From the NCBI GenBank assembly GCA_041560295.1, contig JBFFBS010000001.1, forward strand, positions 1-57,117: a stretch of 57,117 bases of DNA, written 5' to 3'. Below, piece by piece: positions 28,095-37,527 of this stretch; position 1 is the stretch's first letter; each line of letters begins with the position of its first letter. The stretch is from Syntrophobacteria bacterium (GTDB taxonomy: Bacteria > Desulfobacterota > Syntrophobacteria > BM002). Position numbers and translations under genes: made by a program. The notes below the pieces were generated by a model that had not been told where the DNA came from, searched no databases, and saw only the letters and a program-made list of their open reading frames with translations.

Positions 28095-29803
28095 AAAGCC
28101 CTTTTGTCCATAGAAGGAAAAAAATCGGTGAAATTTTGGTGGGCAAGGGTTTCATTACAGCCGACCAACTAACCGAGTTCCTCCGCACTCAGAAAGAGAG
28201 TTCCAAACCCCTCGGGCAACTCTTGCTTGAAGAGGAGATTCTTAGCCCAGAAGAATTGACCACTATCATCGGGGAACAGCTCGGCATCCCCCACATCTGG
28301 CTTCGCAAGGGTATGATTGACCCCAGGATCGTGCACGTCCTGCCCAAAGAAACGGCTTTACATTTTCAAGTTATCCCCATGTTTCGAGTCAACAGTGTGC
28401 TTACCTTGGCCACCTCTGACCCCCACGCTTTCTTTGTGTTTGACGAAGTGTCCAAAATTACCGGCCTCGAAGTTCAGCCGGTCCTTTGCCGCGCGGATGA
28501 TATCCTTGATGCCATCCAGGAGTGCTACCAGAAAGAAGTGAGCATCGACGATGTTTTGGCCCGAATGGACGAATCTGAAATTGAGGTGGTCAGTACCGCT
28601 TTTGAAAGGGAGATCAGCGAAATTGCCGAGATGGCTGAGGAAAGTCCGGTGGTTAACTGGACCAATATGGTCTTGTTGCGGGCCATCAGAGATGGGGCCA
28701 GTGACATCCATATCGAGCCACAAGCGGGCAAGTTCCAGGTTCGCCTCCGAATTGATGGTGTTCTGTACGAACTCATGTCTCCCAAGCTCGAGATGCACCC
28801 GGCGGTGGTCTCCCGCTTGAAAGTCATGGCCAATCTTGACATCGCAGAACGGCGTATACCCCAGGATGGCCGTATTCAGGTTCAAGTGGAAGGTCGTAAA
28901 GTCGATCTCCGCTTTTCTTCCATGCCGGGTATTCACGGTGAAAAAGTGGTCCTGCGAATCCTGGACAAGAGCAGGGCCATGCTGGATCTGAACACCCTGG
29001 GTTTTGACCCGGAGGTTCTGGAGCGATTTAAATTTCTGTTGAAGAAACCTCACGGGCTCATTGTAGTCTGCGGCCCCACAGGAAGCGGCAAGACCACTAC
29101 TTTGTATTCAGCCATGACCTTGCTCAATGCCTCTGACAAGAATCTCGTAACCATTGAAGACCCTGTGGAATATCAGTTAGATAGGATCAACCAAAACCAG
29201 GTGAAGCCCTCTATCGGCCTCTCCTTCGCCAAATTTTTGAAACATGCTCTCAGGCAGGACCCCGACATTATCATGGTGGGGGAGATTCGAGACCGTGAAA
29301 CTGCTGAAATTGCCATTCAAGCCTCACTCACTGGGCATCTGGTCCTGTCAACACTTCACACCAACGACAGTCCTAGTGCCATCACACGTCTTCTTGAGAT
29401 GGGTATCGAGCCCTATCTTATCTCTTCCTCGCTCTTGGCATCTCTGGCTCAGAGACTGGTACGGACAATTTGCCCTGAATGTGCAACTGACTATTTCCCC
29501 CCAAAGGAAGTATTGCAAGACCTGGGTTGCGATGGGGACAAACAGATACGATTGTCAAGAGGAAAAGGGTGTTCTGACTGTTACGATTCTGGTTTCAAGG
29601 GCCGCACCGGTATTTATGAGCTCTTTGAAATGGACACCGGGCTGCAATCTCTGATTCTGACCAATCCGACCATCGATACCCTCCAAGAATACCTCAGGAA
29701 AGACGGGCGGGGCACCTTGAATACTTTGGGCTATAAAAAAGTGTTAGAGCGTATCACCATCATAGAAGAGGTAAAACGGGTAACCTCGGTGGAGAGGGTT
29801 TAG
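28091..29803 (+). CDS. GspE/PilB/MshE-family secretion ATPase with an N-terminal tandem MshEN motif
   Basis: 570 aa with Walker A GPTGSGKTTT, Asp box, Walker B IIMVGEIRD, His box LSTLHTND, and tetracysteine CPEC...CSDC. The N-terminus reads KIGEILVGKGFITADQLTEFLRTQ-KESSK-PLGQLLLEEEILSPEELTTIIGEQ. Confidence 0.93.
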   Translation: MKSPFVHRRKKIGEILVGKGFITADQLTEFLRTQKESSKPLGQLLLEEEILSPEELTTIIGEQLGIPHIWLRKGMIDPRIVHVLPKETALHFQVIPMFRVNSVLTLATSDPHAFFVFDEVSKITGLEVQPVLCRADDILDAIQECYQKEVSIDDVLARMDESEIEVVSTAFEREISEIAEMAEESPVVNWTNMVLLRAIRDGASDIHIEPQAGKFQVRLRIDGVLYELMSPKLEMHPAVVSRLKVMANLDIAERRIPQDGRIQVQVEGRKVDLRFSSMPGIHGEKVVLRILDKSRAMLDLNTLGFDPEVLERFKFLLKKPHGLIVVCGPTGSGKTTTLYSAMTLLNASDKNLVTIEDPVEYQLDRINQNQVKPSIGLSFAKFLKHALRQDPDIIMVGEIRDRETAEIAIQASLTGHLVLSTLHTNDSPSAITRLLEMGIEPYLISSSLLASLAQRLVRTICPECATDYFPPKEVLQDLGCDGDKQIRLSRGKGCSDCYDSGFKGRTGIYELFEMDTGLQSLILTNPTIDTLQEYLRKDGRGTLNTLGYKKVLERITIIEEVKRVTSVERV

Positions 29804-29874
29804 GGACCACGCTTGAGCCAATGAAACGGGGATGATTCACATCAAGTTGCTGCTTTTTTGAGGTAAAAATCCGC

Positions 29875-31029
29875 ATGGCCATTAGTTATGAGCAACATAA
29901 GGAGGGCAGTCCCCTCCGGACTGCAAAGCGTTTGGGAGCAGTGGGGAGCCGTATCCCCAAGCTGCGGTTGGATATGCTGAAGCTGCCTGGCCGCAGGATT
30001 AAAGCCAAGGAGATAATTTTCTTCACTTCCCAGCTATCGTTGATGCTGGAGGTGGGTACACCCCTTACAAGCTCACTAACTGCAATAGAAAATCAGACCA
30101 AGAACCCGGCCTTCAAAGAGGTGATCCAGGCAATGGGTAAGGATATTGAAGAAGGCCTTCAGCTCTCAGACGCTATGAGGCGTCACCCTCAGGTATTCAA
30201 TAATGTCTTCATCAGTATGATCAAAGCCGGAGAGACCGGCGGGTTCTTGCAGAAGATTCTGGATCGGCTGGCGGAAATGCAGGAAAAACGTCAGGCCCTC
30301 ATTGCCCAGTTGAGGTCCACCCTGACTTATCCTGCTATCCTGTGCCTTGTCGGGCTCCTGGTGGTTATTTTTGTTCTGGTGGGAGTCCTCCCCAAATTCG
30401 CCACATTTTTCGCTGGCAAAGAAAGCATCCTGCCCATTACCACCCGCATTCTTATGGCCATGAGTCATTCGCTGCGAATTTATTGGTGGGTTTACCTGAT
30501 CTCCTTTGCAGGGATCGTCTTGGTCCTTAAGCTCTGGAAAGAGAGTGAGCCCGGCCAAGCACTGATAGACCGGTTTTGTGTGAGCGCTCCGATGGTGGCC
30601 AGGCTGTACAACAAGATCTATACCTGCCAACTTTTGAGAACACTGGGACATCTGATGAGCAGTCAAGTTCCTTTACTAGAAGCCCTGGAGGTAACCCGGG
30701 CCACCATAAAAAATCGACACTTTAGCCGCTTTATAACTCAAATCATGGATCACGTGGAGAAAGGGGGGCGATTCGCCCAACCATTCACTACCTATCCCTA
30801 CATCCTGGACTCGGTGAAGCAAATGGTAGCCACTGGAGAGGAAGTGGGAAATCTACCAACGGTGATGCTCCGCTTAGCCGGATTTTACGATACGGAGGTG
30901 GATCGGGAACTCAAGAATATTGCCTCTTTGATCGAGCCCATTGCCTTGATGTTATTGGGTGGGGTGGTGGGCGTTATCGTTGCCTCAGTGATCTTGCCCT
31001 TGTTCAGGCTAGCGCATGCGGTGCATTAG
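29875..31029 (+). CDS. GspF/PilC-family inner-membrane platform protein
   Basis: 384 aa with two T2SSF repeats (FTSQLSLMLEVGTPL... and LLRTLGHLMSSQVPLLEAL...) and three TM segments. Confidence 0.92.
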   Translation: MAISYEQHKEGSPLRTAKRLGAVGSRIPKLRLDMLKLPGRRIKAKEIIFFTSQLSLMLEVGTPLTSSLTAIENQTKNPAFKEVIQAMGKDIEEGLQLSDAMRRHPQVFNNVFISMIKAGETGGFLQKILDRLAEMQEKRQALIAQLRSTLTYPAILCLVGLLVVIFVLVGVLPKFATFFAGKESILPITTRILMAMSHSLRIYWWVYLISFAGIVLVLKLWKESEPGQALIDRFCVSAPMVARLYNKIYTCQLLRTLGHLMSSQVPLLEALEVTRATIKNRHFSRFITQIMDHVEKGGRFAQPFTTYPYILDSVKQMVATGEEVGNLPTVMLRLAGFYDTEVDRELKNIASLIEPIALMLLGGVVGVIVASVILPLFRLAHAVH

Positions 31030-31042
31030 GCATGTAGATTGC
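31028..31042 (+). promoter_or_regulatory. Sigma-54 type -24/-12 promoter in front of the major pseudopilin gene
   Basis: aGGCAT-gtaga-TTGCa has correct GG-to-GC spacing. It lies 60 nt upstream of the ATG at 31103 and overlaps the gspF-like stop. Confidence 0.55.
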
Positions 31043-31102
31043 ATAGGACAGAAAGAATTACCAATACATTAGCAGAAGGATTTTCACAGAGGAGGTGTAG
31101 AG

Positions 31103-31651
31103 ATGTTTAGGCAGATTGGGATTCAAAACCTTAAGAACCAAGAGGGATTCACCTTGATTGAGATGCTCGTCGTGGTGATTATTCTGGGGATCCTGGCCAT
31201 GATCATTGTTCCACAGATTTCCGTATCCACGGACGATGCCAGGCTGAACTCTCTCCAGACGAACCTCAACAGCATACGAAGCGCTATCGAGGTTTACGCT
31301 GCCCAGCATGCAAACCGATACCCGGGTACCTACTCAGAGGTAGACGGCACAACCGCGGTAGTGGATGATGCTGCATCCAGGGCAGCATTTCTGGCCCAGC
31401 TTACCCGGTTCACGGACATCAATGGCATGGTAAATGGCACCAAAACTGCCACCTTCAAGTATGGTCCTTACCTGAAAACAGGATCATTGCCGCTGAACCC
31501 TTTCAATGAAGATGGCGATGTTGTCTGTGATTTCGATCAAGGTGACATCACTGCGGCGAGGGCCCCAAGCGGTGGCACTCAAGGCTGGCAATACTTCGCA
31601 CCCATTGGAGTCTTCTTCGCCAATGATAGTGCTGCGCACGCAGCTCTGTAA
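31103..31651 (+). CDS. Major pseudopilin / type IV pilin-like protein (GspG position)
   Basis: The prepilin motif is QEG-FTLIEMLVVVIILGILAMIIVPQ with Glu+5, followed by the GspG-like helix DDARLNSLQTNLNSIRSAIEVY. Confidence 0.85.
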   Translation: MFRQIGIQNLKNQEGFTLIEMLVVVIILGILAMIIVPQISVSTDDARLNSLQTNLNSIRSAIEVYAAQHANRYPGTYSEVDGTTAVVDDAASRAAFLAQLTRFTDINGMVNGTKTATFKYGPYLKTGSLPLNPFNEDGDVVCDFDQGDITAARAPSGGTQGWQYFAPIGVFFANDSAAHAAL

Positions 31652-31679
31652 GAATTGTGCCTCCAGCCGTCGGGTCTGA

Positions 31680-32216
31680 TTGGTGTTAGCCACCTATGAG
31701 AATAAGGGCTTCAGCCTCCTCGATTTGCTGATTGTCATTATGATCCTCGGGATTCTGGGTGTGTTCGTGGCACCCCAGCTCCATTCGACGCTAAACGAGG
31801 CCAGGCTGAACGAGGCCACTGGAGAGCTGGTCTCCGGGCTTCACTACGCCCAGAGCCTGGCTGTAACTCATCAGCGGCCTTTTGGCCTCACGGCGAATGT
31901 GGCCGAGAATTGGTTCAGGGTCTTTGACCACAAGTACAGAACTGATGCGAGCCCACACCACAGCGAGATCCCACCAGTGGACGGCTATGGTATTGTACTC
32001 AACCCCGTGGACAAGAAATGGTACGTGCTAGATTTTGACACCACGCATCCGTACGAAGGGGTAAGCATCGATTCGGCACCTGCCAGTGGTGGCATGATCT
32101 CATTTTATCCAGATGGTCATTCCTCCTCTGCCGATAGTGTCTTTGTTTTGGTCTTTGGAGGAGAACAGAGGACTATTACGGTGGACGGCACCACTGGCAG
32201 AATCAGGGTCAATTGA
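31680..32216 (+). CDS. Minor pseudopilin (GspH/FimT-like position)
   Basis: NKG-FSLLDLLIVIMILGILGVFVAPQ has Asp at +5. The region ATGELVSGLHYAQSLAV is typical of GspH/FimT. The start is TTG or GTG. Confidence 0.75.
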   Translation: MVLATYENKGFSLLDLLIVIMILGILGVFVAPQLHSTLNEARLNEATGELVSGLHYAQSLAVTHQRPFGLTANVAENWFRVFDHKYRTDASPHHSEIPPVDGYGIVLNPVDKKWYVLDFDTTHPYEGVSIDSAPASGGMISFYPDGHSSSADSVFVLVFGGEQRTITVDGTTGRIRVN

Positions 32217-32220
32217 GGCG

Positions 32221-32652
32221 ATGAGAAGGATTAATTTGACCAAAAATCTCATGCTATTTGACAATAAGGGTTTCACCTTTCTCGAGATTATCCTCGTTGT
32301 ACTGATTCTTGCCATTGCCATCGTGCCCATGGTCCGCGCCTTCTCGCCCGGCACCTTATCAGCCAATACCGAAGAAGAGACCACGGTTTTTACCAATCAA
32401 GCCAGGGGCACCCTCAACCGGGTAATGGCCCTTGACTTCGATACGCTCAACAGCAACCAGGGGGCAACCGTTGATCTGGCAGGCCTTTTTGGCGGTGGAG
32501 CCGAGGCAGCCAAGGAATCTTTCACTTTCAAGGGAGAGAACCACACCCCAACTGTGGCCATTACCGATGCTAGCAGCGGCGCTGGCGGCCTGCTTGAACT
32601 GACAGTGAAAATATCTCATATTCAACTCAGTACTCGCAAAGCACAATATTGA
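32221..32652 (+). CDS. Minor pseudopilin (GspI position)
   Basis: NKG-FTFLEIILVVLILAIAIVPMV. It is small (143 aa), as expected for GspI-like proteins. The ATG at 32221 follows the upstream stop. Confidence 0.75.
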   Translation: MRRINLTKNLMLFDNKGFTFLEIILVVLILAIAIVPMVRAFSPGTLSANTEEETTVFTNQARGTLNRVMALDFDTLNSNQGATVDLAGLFGGGAEAAKESFTFKGENHTPTVAITDASSGAGGLLELTVKISHIQLSTRKAQY

Positions 32653-32763
32653 AAGCAGACTCTGAAATTTCAAGCTCCACATGATCGTATCTCTCCATCA
32701 GACAGCCAGTGGTGGCAATTCATGTGCCTCAATAGCAAGAGCGCTCACAATATATCAGAGAAA

Positions 32764-33375
32764 ATGTTGCCCATGCTCGACAACTCTGGCTTTACCCTTC
32801 TCGAGCTTCTCATCAGCATGGTTATTCTCTCTATCATCATGATAGGCCTCCATCAGGCCATGGATACCGCCCTTTCAGCCCATCGTCAGACAACAGACAG
32901 GCAAGAACTACTCGCCCAGGCCCGTTATGCCATGGAACGCATGGTGATGTTTGTTCAGGAAACCGACCAGATAGAAATACCCGCTGCCGATACCCTTGTA
33001 CTCAACGAGCGCGTACTGGACACCTACGATAACGACACCCATATCTACAGAGCTGAAGGTGACGGCTATCTGGATGCTGACAACGATCACGATGGTGTGG
33101 TCAACGAGGGCGGGGTAAATGATGATCCTGTAGATCCAATCAGTTACAGTCTGGACAAAACCGACCCCAACAACTGGAAGCTTCAGGAACAAATGCCCGA
33201 CTACTCCACCTCAACCCTGGATGATTCTCTGGCCACAAAAGTGCTCTGTGAGCATGTTACTACCTTTTCATGCGGACTGTTAGCCCCGAACCTGGTTGAA
33301 ATCCAGTTAACCGTAAACAACGGCGAGCATGAGATACATCTGAAAACTCGAGTCAACGCCATATATATGGAGTAA
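32764..33375 (+). CDS. Minor pseudopilin (GspJ/PilW-like position) with an Asp-rich loop
   Basis: NSG-FTLLELLISMVILSIIMIGL is followed by QARYAMERM, a GspJ/PilW-like helix. It carries the insert DADNDHDGVVNEGGVNDDPVD. The track ORF starts earlier, at 32722. Confidence 0.75.
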   Translation: MLPMLDNSGFTLLELLISMVILSIIMIGLHQAMDTALSAHRQTTDRQELLAQARYAMERMVMFVQETDQIEIPAADTLVLNERVLDTYDNDTHIYRAEGDGYLDADNDHDGVVNEGGVNDDPVDPISYSLDKTDPNNWKLQEQMPDYSTSTLDDSLATKVLCEHVTTFSCGLLAPNLVEIQLTVNNGEHEIHLKTRVNAIYME

Positions 33376-33408
33376 GGGAATTTGAGATTGCGGATTGCGG
33401 ATTTTAGG

Positions 33409-35910
33409 ATGAAAAAAGACAAAATTCTTCATAGAGACGACCGAGGCTACATCCTCCTGATGGTGGTCGTCATGATGCTGGTCATGGCTGTCATGGCCTT
33501 TGGCATGAACCGGCGTGCGGGGATGCAGGCCAAAATGGCAACCAACCAAACCCGGAGCAGCCAAACTCATCTTGGCCAGATAGCGGCTCTGGAAGATGCT
33601 GCCTGGCTCCTGAACCGCGATCCTGGGTGGCGAACAAGCGGTGCAGGTGAGGATTACACTTTCAGCGGTATCAAGTACAAGCGCTTCGTACTGGATGCCT
33701 CCGGCTACAGTGATGTGGTCACCGTTACGGTAACCGCTCCGGGGGGATTAAAGAAGCTTAGCTCAAGCTTCCGCGTGATTACCCCAACTGTCACTTACTA
33801 TCTGATTGCTGACACCGATAATCACTCCATCAGAAGGGTGGATACCTCCACAGGGGTAATCACCACATTTGCCGGCACCGGTTCATCCGGCTATTCAGGA
33901 AACGGCGGACCGGCCATTAGTGCCAATCTCAATAAACCAAGAGGGGTTTTTGCTGATGGAGCGGGAAATATTTATATAGCCGACACTGATAACGATTGCA
34001 TTCGAAAAGTAGACGCATCAGAAACCATTACCACGGTAGCAGGTATTGGAGGCAGTCACGACTTTAGCGGCGACGGTGGGGACGCGACCAACGCCAAACT
34101 GGACAAACCGAGAGGTGTTGCTGCTGATTATGCGGGAAACATCTATATTGCTGATACGAACAATCACGTCATTAGAAAGGTGGATGCCACCACCGGGATT
34201 ATCGATACCGTGGCGGGCATAGGTAAACAAAACGGCTACACTGGAGACGGCGGACTGGCAACCGCGGCAAAATTAGATAAACCCCGAGGCGTTTGGGTGG
34301 ATGGTTCCGGAAATATCTATATTGCTGACACAGAGAACAACCGAATCAGAATGATGGATGCCACAACGCAGATTATCACCACCATCGCTGGAAACGGTGG
34401 CAGTGGCTACACTGGAGACAATGGGCCAGCTACCGCTGCTGAACTGCGCAAACCAAATGGGGTCGTTGTTGATGTCTCTGGCAACATTTACATCGCCGAC
34501 ACCGATAATAACGTGATCAGAATGGTGGATGCCACAACGCAGTTTATCACCACCGTTGCGGGAACCGGCTCAGGAGGATATTCGGGAGATGATGTGCCAG
34601 CCACCAGTACCGCATTGCGTAAACCGCGCGGTCTGTGGCTGGATGAATCCGGCAATATCCTCATCGCAGACACTGATAATCACCGAGCCAGGTTGGTCTA
34701 TGACGATGGTGGCACTCTGATGATAACCACCGTCGCGGGAGACGGTAGCGCGGGTTATTCAGGAGACAACGGAGCGGCAACCAGCGCTTCCCTCAACAAA
34801 CCTCACGGTGTGTGCATATATGAGACTTTGCCACCTGCATACCTCGTCATTGCTGACCCTTCAAATCACCGGATTAGAGAGGTGAATCTTACCACCGGGA
34901 TCATTACCAAGGTCGCCGGGACTTTTTGGTCTGGCTACAACGGAGATAATATTGACGCCACATGGGCCAGACTGTATTACCCCTTTGGGGTGCACGTGGA
35001 TTCGTCCCACAACACCTACATTGCCGATACCTACAATCACCGCATCAGAAAGGTGGATGGTAAGACCGGGATCATAACCACCGTGGCCGGTACCGGCTCC
35101 AAAGGATTCTCGGGTGACGGTGGGCCGGCAACCAGCGCCAGGCTGAGGTACCCCTTCAACCTGTTCCTGGATACGGTAGGAAATATATATATTGCAGACA
35201 CCTACAATTACCGGATCAGAAAAGTTGACGCCGCAACCAAGATCATAACCACCGTGGTGGGAGACGGCTCGGCCAAATTTAAAGGCGATGGCGGCCTGGC
35301 CACTGATGCCAGCATCATGAAGTCTTATGATGTGGCGGTGGATAGCGCGGGCAACATCTTCATTGCCGACACCCACAGTCACGCGATTAGAAAAGTGGAC
35401 GCCACTACCGGTATCATCAACACCGTGGTGGGCCAAGGTGGCAGTGCCGGTTTTTCAGGCGATGGTGGGCTGGCCACCGACGCCAAGCTCAATTCACCCA
35501 CTGGCGTCTATGTGGATGCTGCCGGAAATATCTACGTGGTAGACACCAAAAATGATCTGATCAGAAAGGTGGACGCTACCACAAATATCATCAACAGTGT
35601 TGCCGGAAACGGCACCCCCGGCTTCTCGGGTGACGGAGGCCTAGCCACCCTCGCTCAACTCGATTACCCTGAAGCCGCATGGGTTGATAGCGGTGGCAAC
35701 ATGTTTGTTGTGGATACAGAGAACTGCCGCATCAGAAGGGTGGACGGTACGACCGGGATCATCACCACCGTGGCGGGCACGACCTATTGCGGCTATAACG
35801 GCAACAACCAGCCGGCCACCGACGCTGCCCTCTACTATCCCTCCGAGAACTCTGTCTATGAGCCTTCGTCTCTGGAAAGGTTGCCTGAAATCTATCGAAC
35901 CACTAACTGA
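33409..35910 (+). CDS. GspK/PilX-position minor pseudopilin fused to 12 NHL repeats (predicted double six-bladed beta-propeller)
   Basis: The N-terminus is RG-YILLMVVVMMLVMAVMAFGMNRRAGMQAKMATNQ, with no Glu+5 (as in GspK/PilX) and a PilX_N-like helix. There follow 12 copies of ...KP.GV.VD..GNIYIADT.N..IRKVD..TGIITTVAG.G..G.SGDGG.AT.A.L. Confidence 0.85.
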   Translation: MKKDKILHRDDRGYILLMVVVMMLVMAVMAFGMNRRAGMQAKMATNQTRSSQTHLGQIAALEDAAWLLNRDPGWRTSGAGEDYTFSGIKYKRFVLDASGYSDVVTVTVTAPGGLKKLSSSFRVITPTVTYYLIADTDNHSIRRVDTSTGVITTFAGTGSSGYSGNGGPAISANLNKPRGVFADGAGNIYIADTDNDCIRKVDASETITTVAGIGGSHDFSGDGGDATNAKLDKPRGVAADYAGNIYIADTNNHVIRKVDATTGIIDTVAGIGKQNGYTGDGGLATAAKLDKPRGVWVDGSGNIYIADTENNRIRMMDATTQIITTIAGNGGSGYTGDNGPATAAELRKPNGVVVDVSGNIYIADTDNNVIRMVDATTQFITTVAGTGSGGYSGDDVPATSTALRKPRGLWLDESGNILIADTDNHRARLVYDDGGTLMITTVAGDGSAGYSGDNGAATSASLNKPHGVCIYETLPPAYLVIADPSNHRIREVNLTTGIITKVAGTFWSGYNGDNIDATWARLYYPFGVHVDSSHNTYIADTYNHRIRKVDGKTGIITTVAGTGSKGFSGDGGPATSARLRYPFNLFLDTVGNIYIADTYNYRIRKVDAATKIITTVVGDGSAKFKGDGGLATDASIMKSYDVAVDSAGNIFIADTHSHAIRKVDATTGIINTVVGQGGSAGFSGDGGLATDAKLNSPTGVYVDAAGNIYVVDTKNDLIRKVDATTNIINSVAGNGTPGFSGDGGLATLAQLDYPEAAWVDSGGNMFVVDTENCRIRRVDGTTGIITTVAGTTYCGYNGNNQPATDAALYYPSENSVYEPSSLERLPEIYRTTN

Positions 35911-35923
35911 AAGTGAAAAATAA

Positions 35924-35997
35924 GGTGTCAGGTGTCAGCAAAGAAAAACAAACAACTGAAACCTGAACACTGAAAGCTGAAACCTCAGTCTTTGTGA
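35924..35997. repeat. Heptamer-arm hairpin (ggtgtca/ctgaaac family), copy 1
   Basis: ggtgtcaggtgtcagc...ctgaaacctgaacactgaaagctgaaacctcagtctttgtga. It shares 15-nt and 21-nt identical blocks with 40804..40881. Confidence 0.8.
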
Positions 35998-36072
35998 AAT
36001 AAGCACCCACTTTACTACCCCAGGCACTTACTGCTGCATCTCTTGTCACTTACCTATTTGAAACAATCTGCG

Positions 36073-36087
36073 TGGCATGAGCCTTGC
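36073..36087 (+). promoter_or_regulatory. Sigma-54 type -24/-12 promoter upstream of pilM
   Basis: TGGCAT-gagcc-TTGCa has consensus spacing. It lies about 330 nt upstream of the pilM ATG, and REP-like hairpins sit in the leader. Confidence 0.55.
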
Positions 36088-36297
36088 ACATGGAATGAAT
36101 CGAGTGGGTTAGATTCGGAATCGCTCAGTCACAACATAGCCTTTCTGTCCCGCTCCAGGTGTTTAAGCAATTGGTCGCTCGTTAACAAGGTCTGAACTGA
36201 TTTGAAACGAAGGGCAGAGCCGAGAATAAATCCCCTTCACCCTTTTGAATCACTGCTTCGCTGGATCTGCCTATGGGTGGAATTTAACAGGGCGAGT

Positions 36298-36377
36298 CAC
36301 CCTTTAAAAAGGGGAGATATTTTGAATTGATTACATTGAGTTCCCCCCTTTGATAAAGGGGGGTTAGGGGGGATTTT
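36298..36377. repeat. GC-rich REP-like palindromes (cccccctttNataaagggggg type)
   Basis: caccctttaaaaagggg and ttcccccctttgataaaggggggttaggggggatttt. The same motif occurs at 56157..56250. Confidence 0.7.
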
Positions 36378-36414
36378 ATAAGGCTTGTAACTACCATAAC
36401 CTTTAGAGAACAGT

Positions 36415-37527
36415 ATGCGTAACTTCAACTCCATATTCCCTGTCGGTATCGACATAGGCCGCCGCAACGTCTACGCTGCTCAACTGCAAGAAACCAAGCA
36501 GGGTCTGGTGGTCAGGGGGTTGGTGCATCAAGAATACCAGAATGAGACTGATGGAATTCTTGCAGCAAGAGATGTTCTGGTACCCTTGCTAAAGGATATT
36601 ATCGGTGATAAACGACTGAAGGGTAGACGAGTAGTTGTTAACTTTCCCGCTCAATATCTCCTCAGCTTTCCTTTAAACTTCCAGGTTGGCAAAGAAGAAA
36701 CTGTAGAGACAGCCATCCTCCGTCATTCGAGGCAGTATATTACCTTTCCCCTGGAAGAAGCCATTATCGATTACCCATCGCTCGCACCCACAGGTGATGA
36801 CAATAAATTTAGGGCGAGCATCATCGCGGTTCGCAGAGAACATGTGCAAGACTACCTCTCCATGCTCAGAAAGGCTGGTTTGACCGTTGAAGTTGTTGAT
36901 TTCGCTGTTTCCACTTTGGTCCGCCTTCATAGGTATGCTCACACGACCATCCAGAATCCCATAATCCTGTGCAATATCGGCGACACCCAAAGCCAACTTT
37001 CAATAGTAACCCAGGACTCTATTCTGGTTCAGCGCCAGATTCCCTGGGGAGTACACATGCTTCGGAAGAATCTGCGGGCCAACCTTGAACTCTCCGGTGA
37101 CGGGGACAAGACCAAGGTCCTTCTCAAAGAATATGGGCTCTTCTACGAAGATTGTCGAGACTGCAGTATCGACGAGAATCCGGAACCGACAACCGATACT
37201 GATGAAGCGAGAACCATGTACCGCGCCATCTACCAGATCATAAACCCACAGATTGAAGAACTGGTACATGAACTTCATAAAGTGATCGGCTATGGAAGAT
37301 CTGAGCAGCAGGATGCGATTTTCGATGGAATCTACATATACGGCCAGGGAACCTTCATAAACCATCTCGACCGCTACCTGGAAAAGAGACTCAACATCCA
37401 CACCAGGCTGATGAATCCCCTGACCAAGGTGGCCTTGTCTGACGACAACGGCTCTGTTGATATATCGGAAGGTGGACCTTTCAGCCTTGCTCTGGGTCTG
37501 GCTCTGCGGAAAGTATCATGGCTCTAA
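36415..37527 (+). CDS. pilM: PilM-like actin-fold assembly protein
   Basis: 370 aa with GIDIGRRNVYAAQL at the N-terminus (ASKHA phosphate-1 motif). It immediately precedes the PilN/O-like genes, with an overlapping stop/start. Confidence 0.8.
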   Translation: MRNFNSIFPVGIDIGRRNVYAAQLQETKQGLVVRGLVHQEYQNETDGILAARDVLVPLLKDIIGDKRLKGRRVVVNFPAQYLLSFPLNFQVGKEETVETAILRHSRQYITFPLEEAIIDYPSLAPTGDDNKFRASIIAVRREHVQDYLSMLRKAGLTVEVVDFAVSTLVRLHRYAHTTIQNPIILCNIGDTQSQLSIVTQDSILVQRQIPWGVHMLRKNLRANLELSGDGDKTKVLLKEYGLFYEDCRDCSIDENPEPTTDTDEARTMYRAIYQIINPQIEELVHELHKVIGYGRSEQQDAIFDGIYIYGQGTFINHLDRYLEKRLNIHTRLMNPLTKVALSDDNGSVDISEGGPFSLALGLALRKVSWL

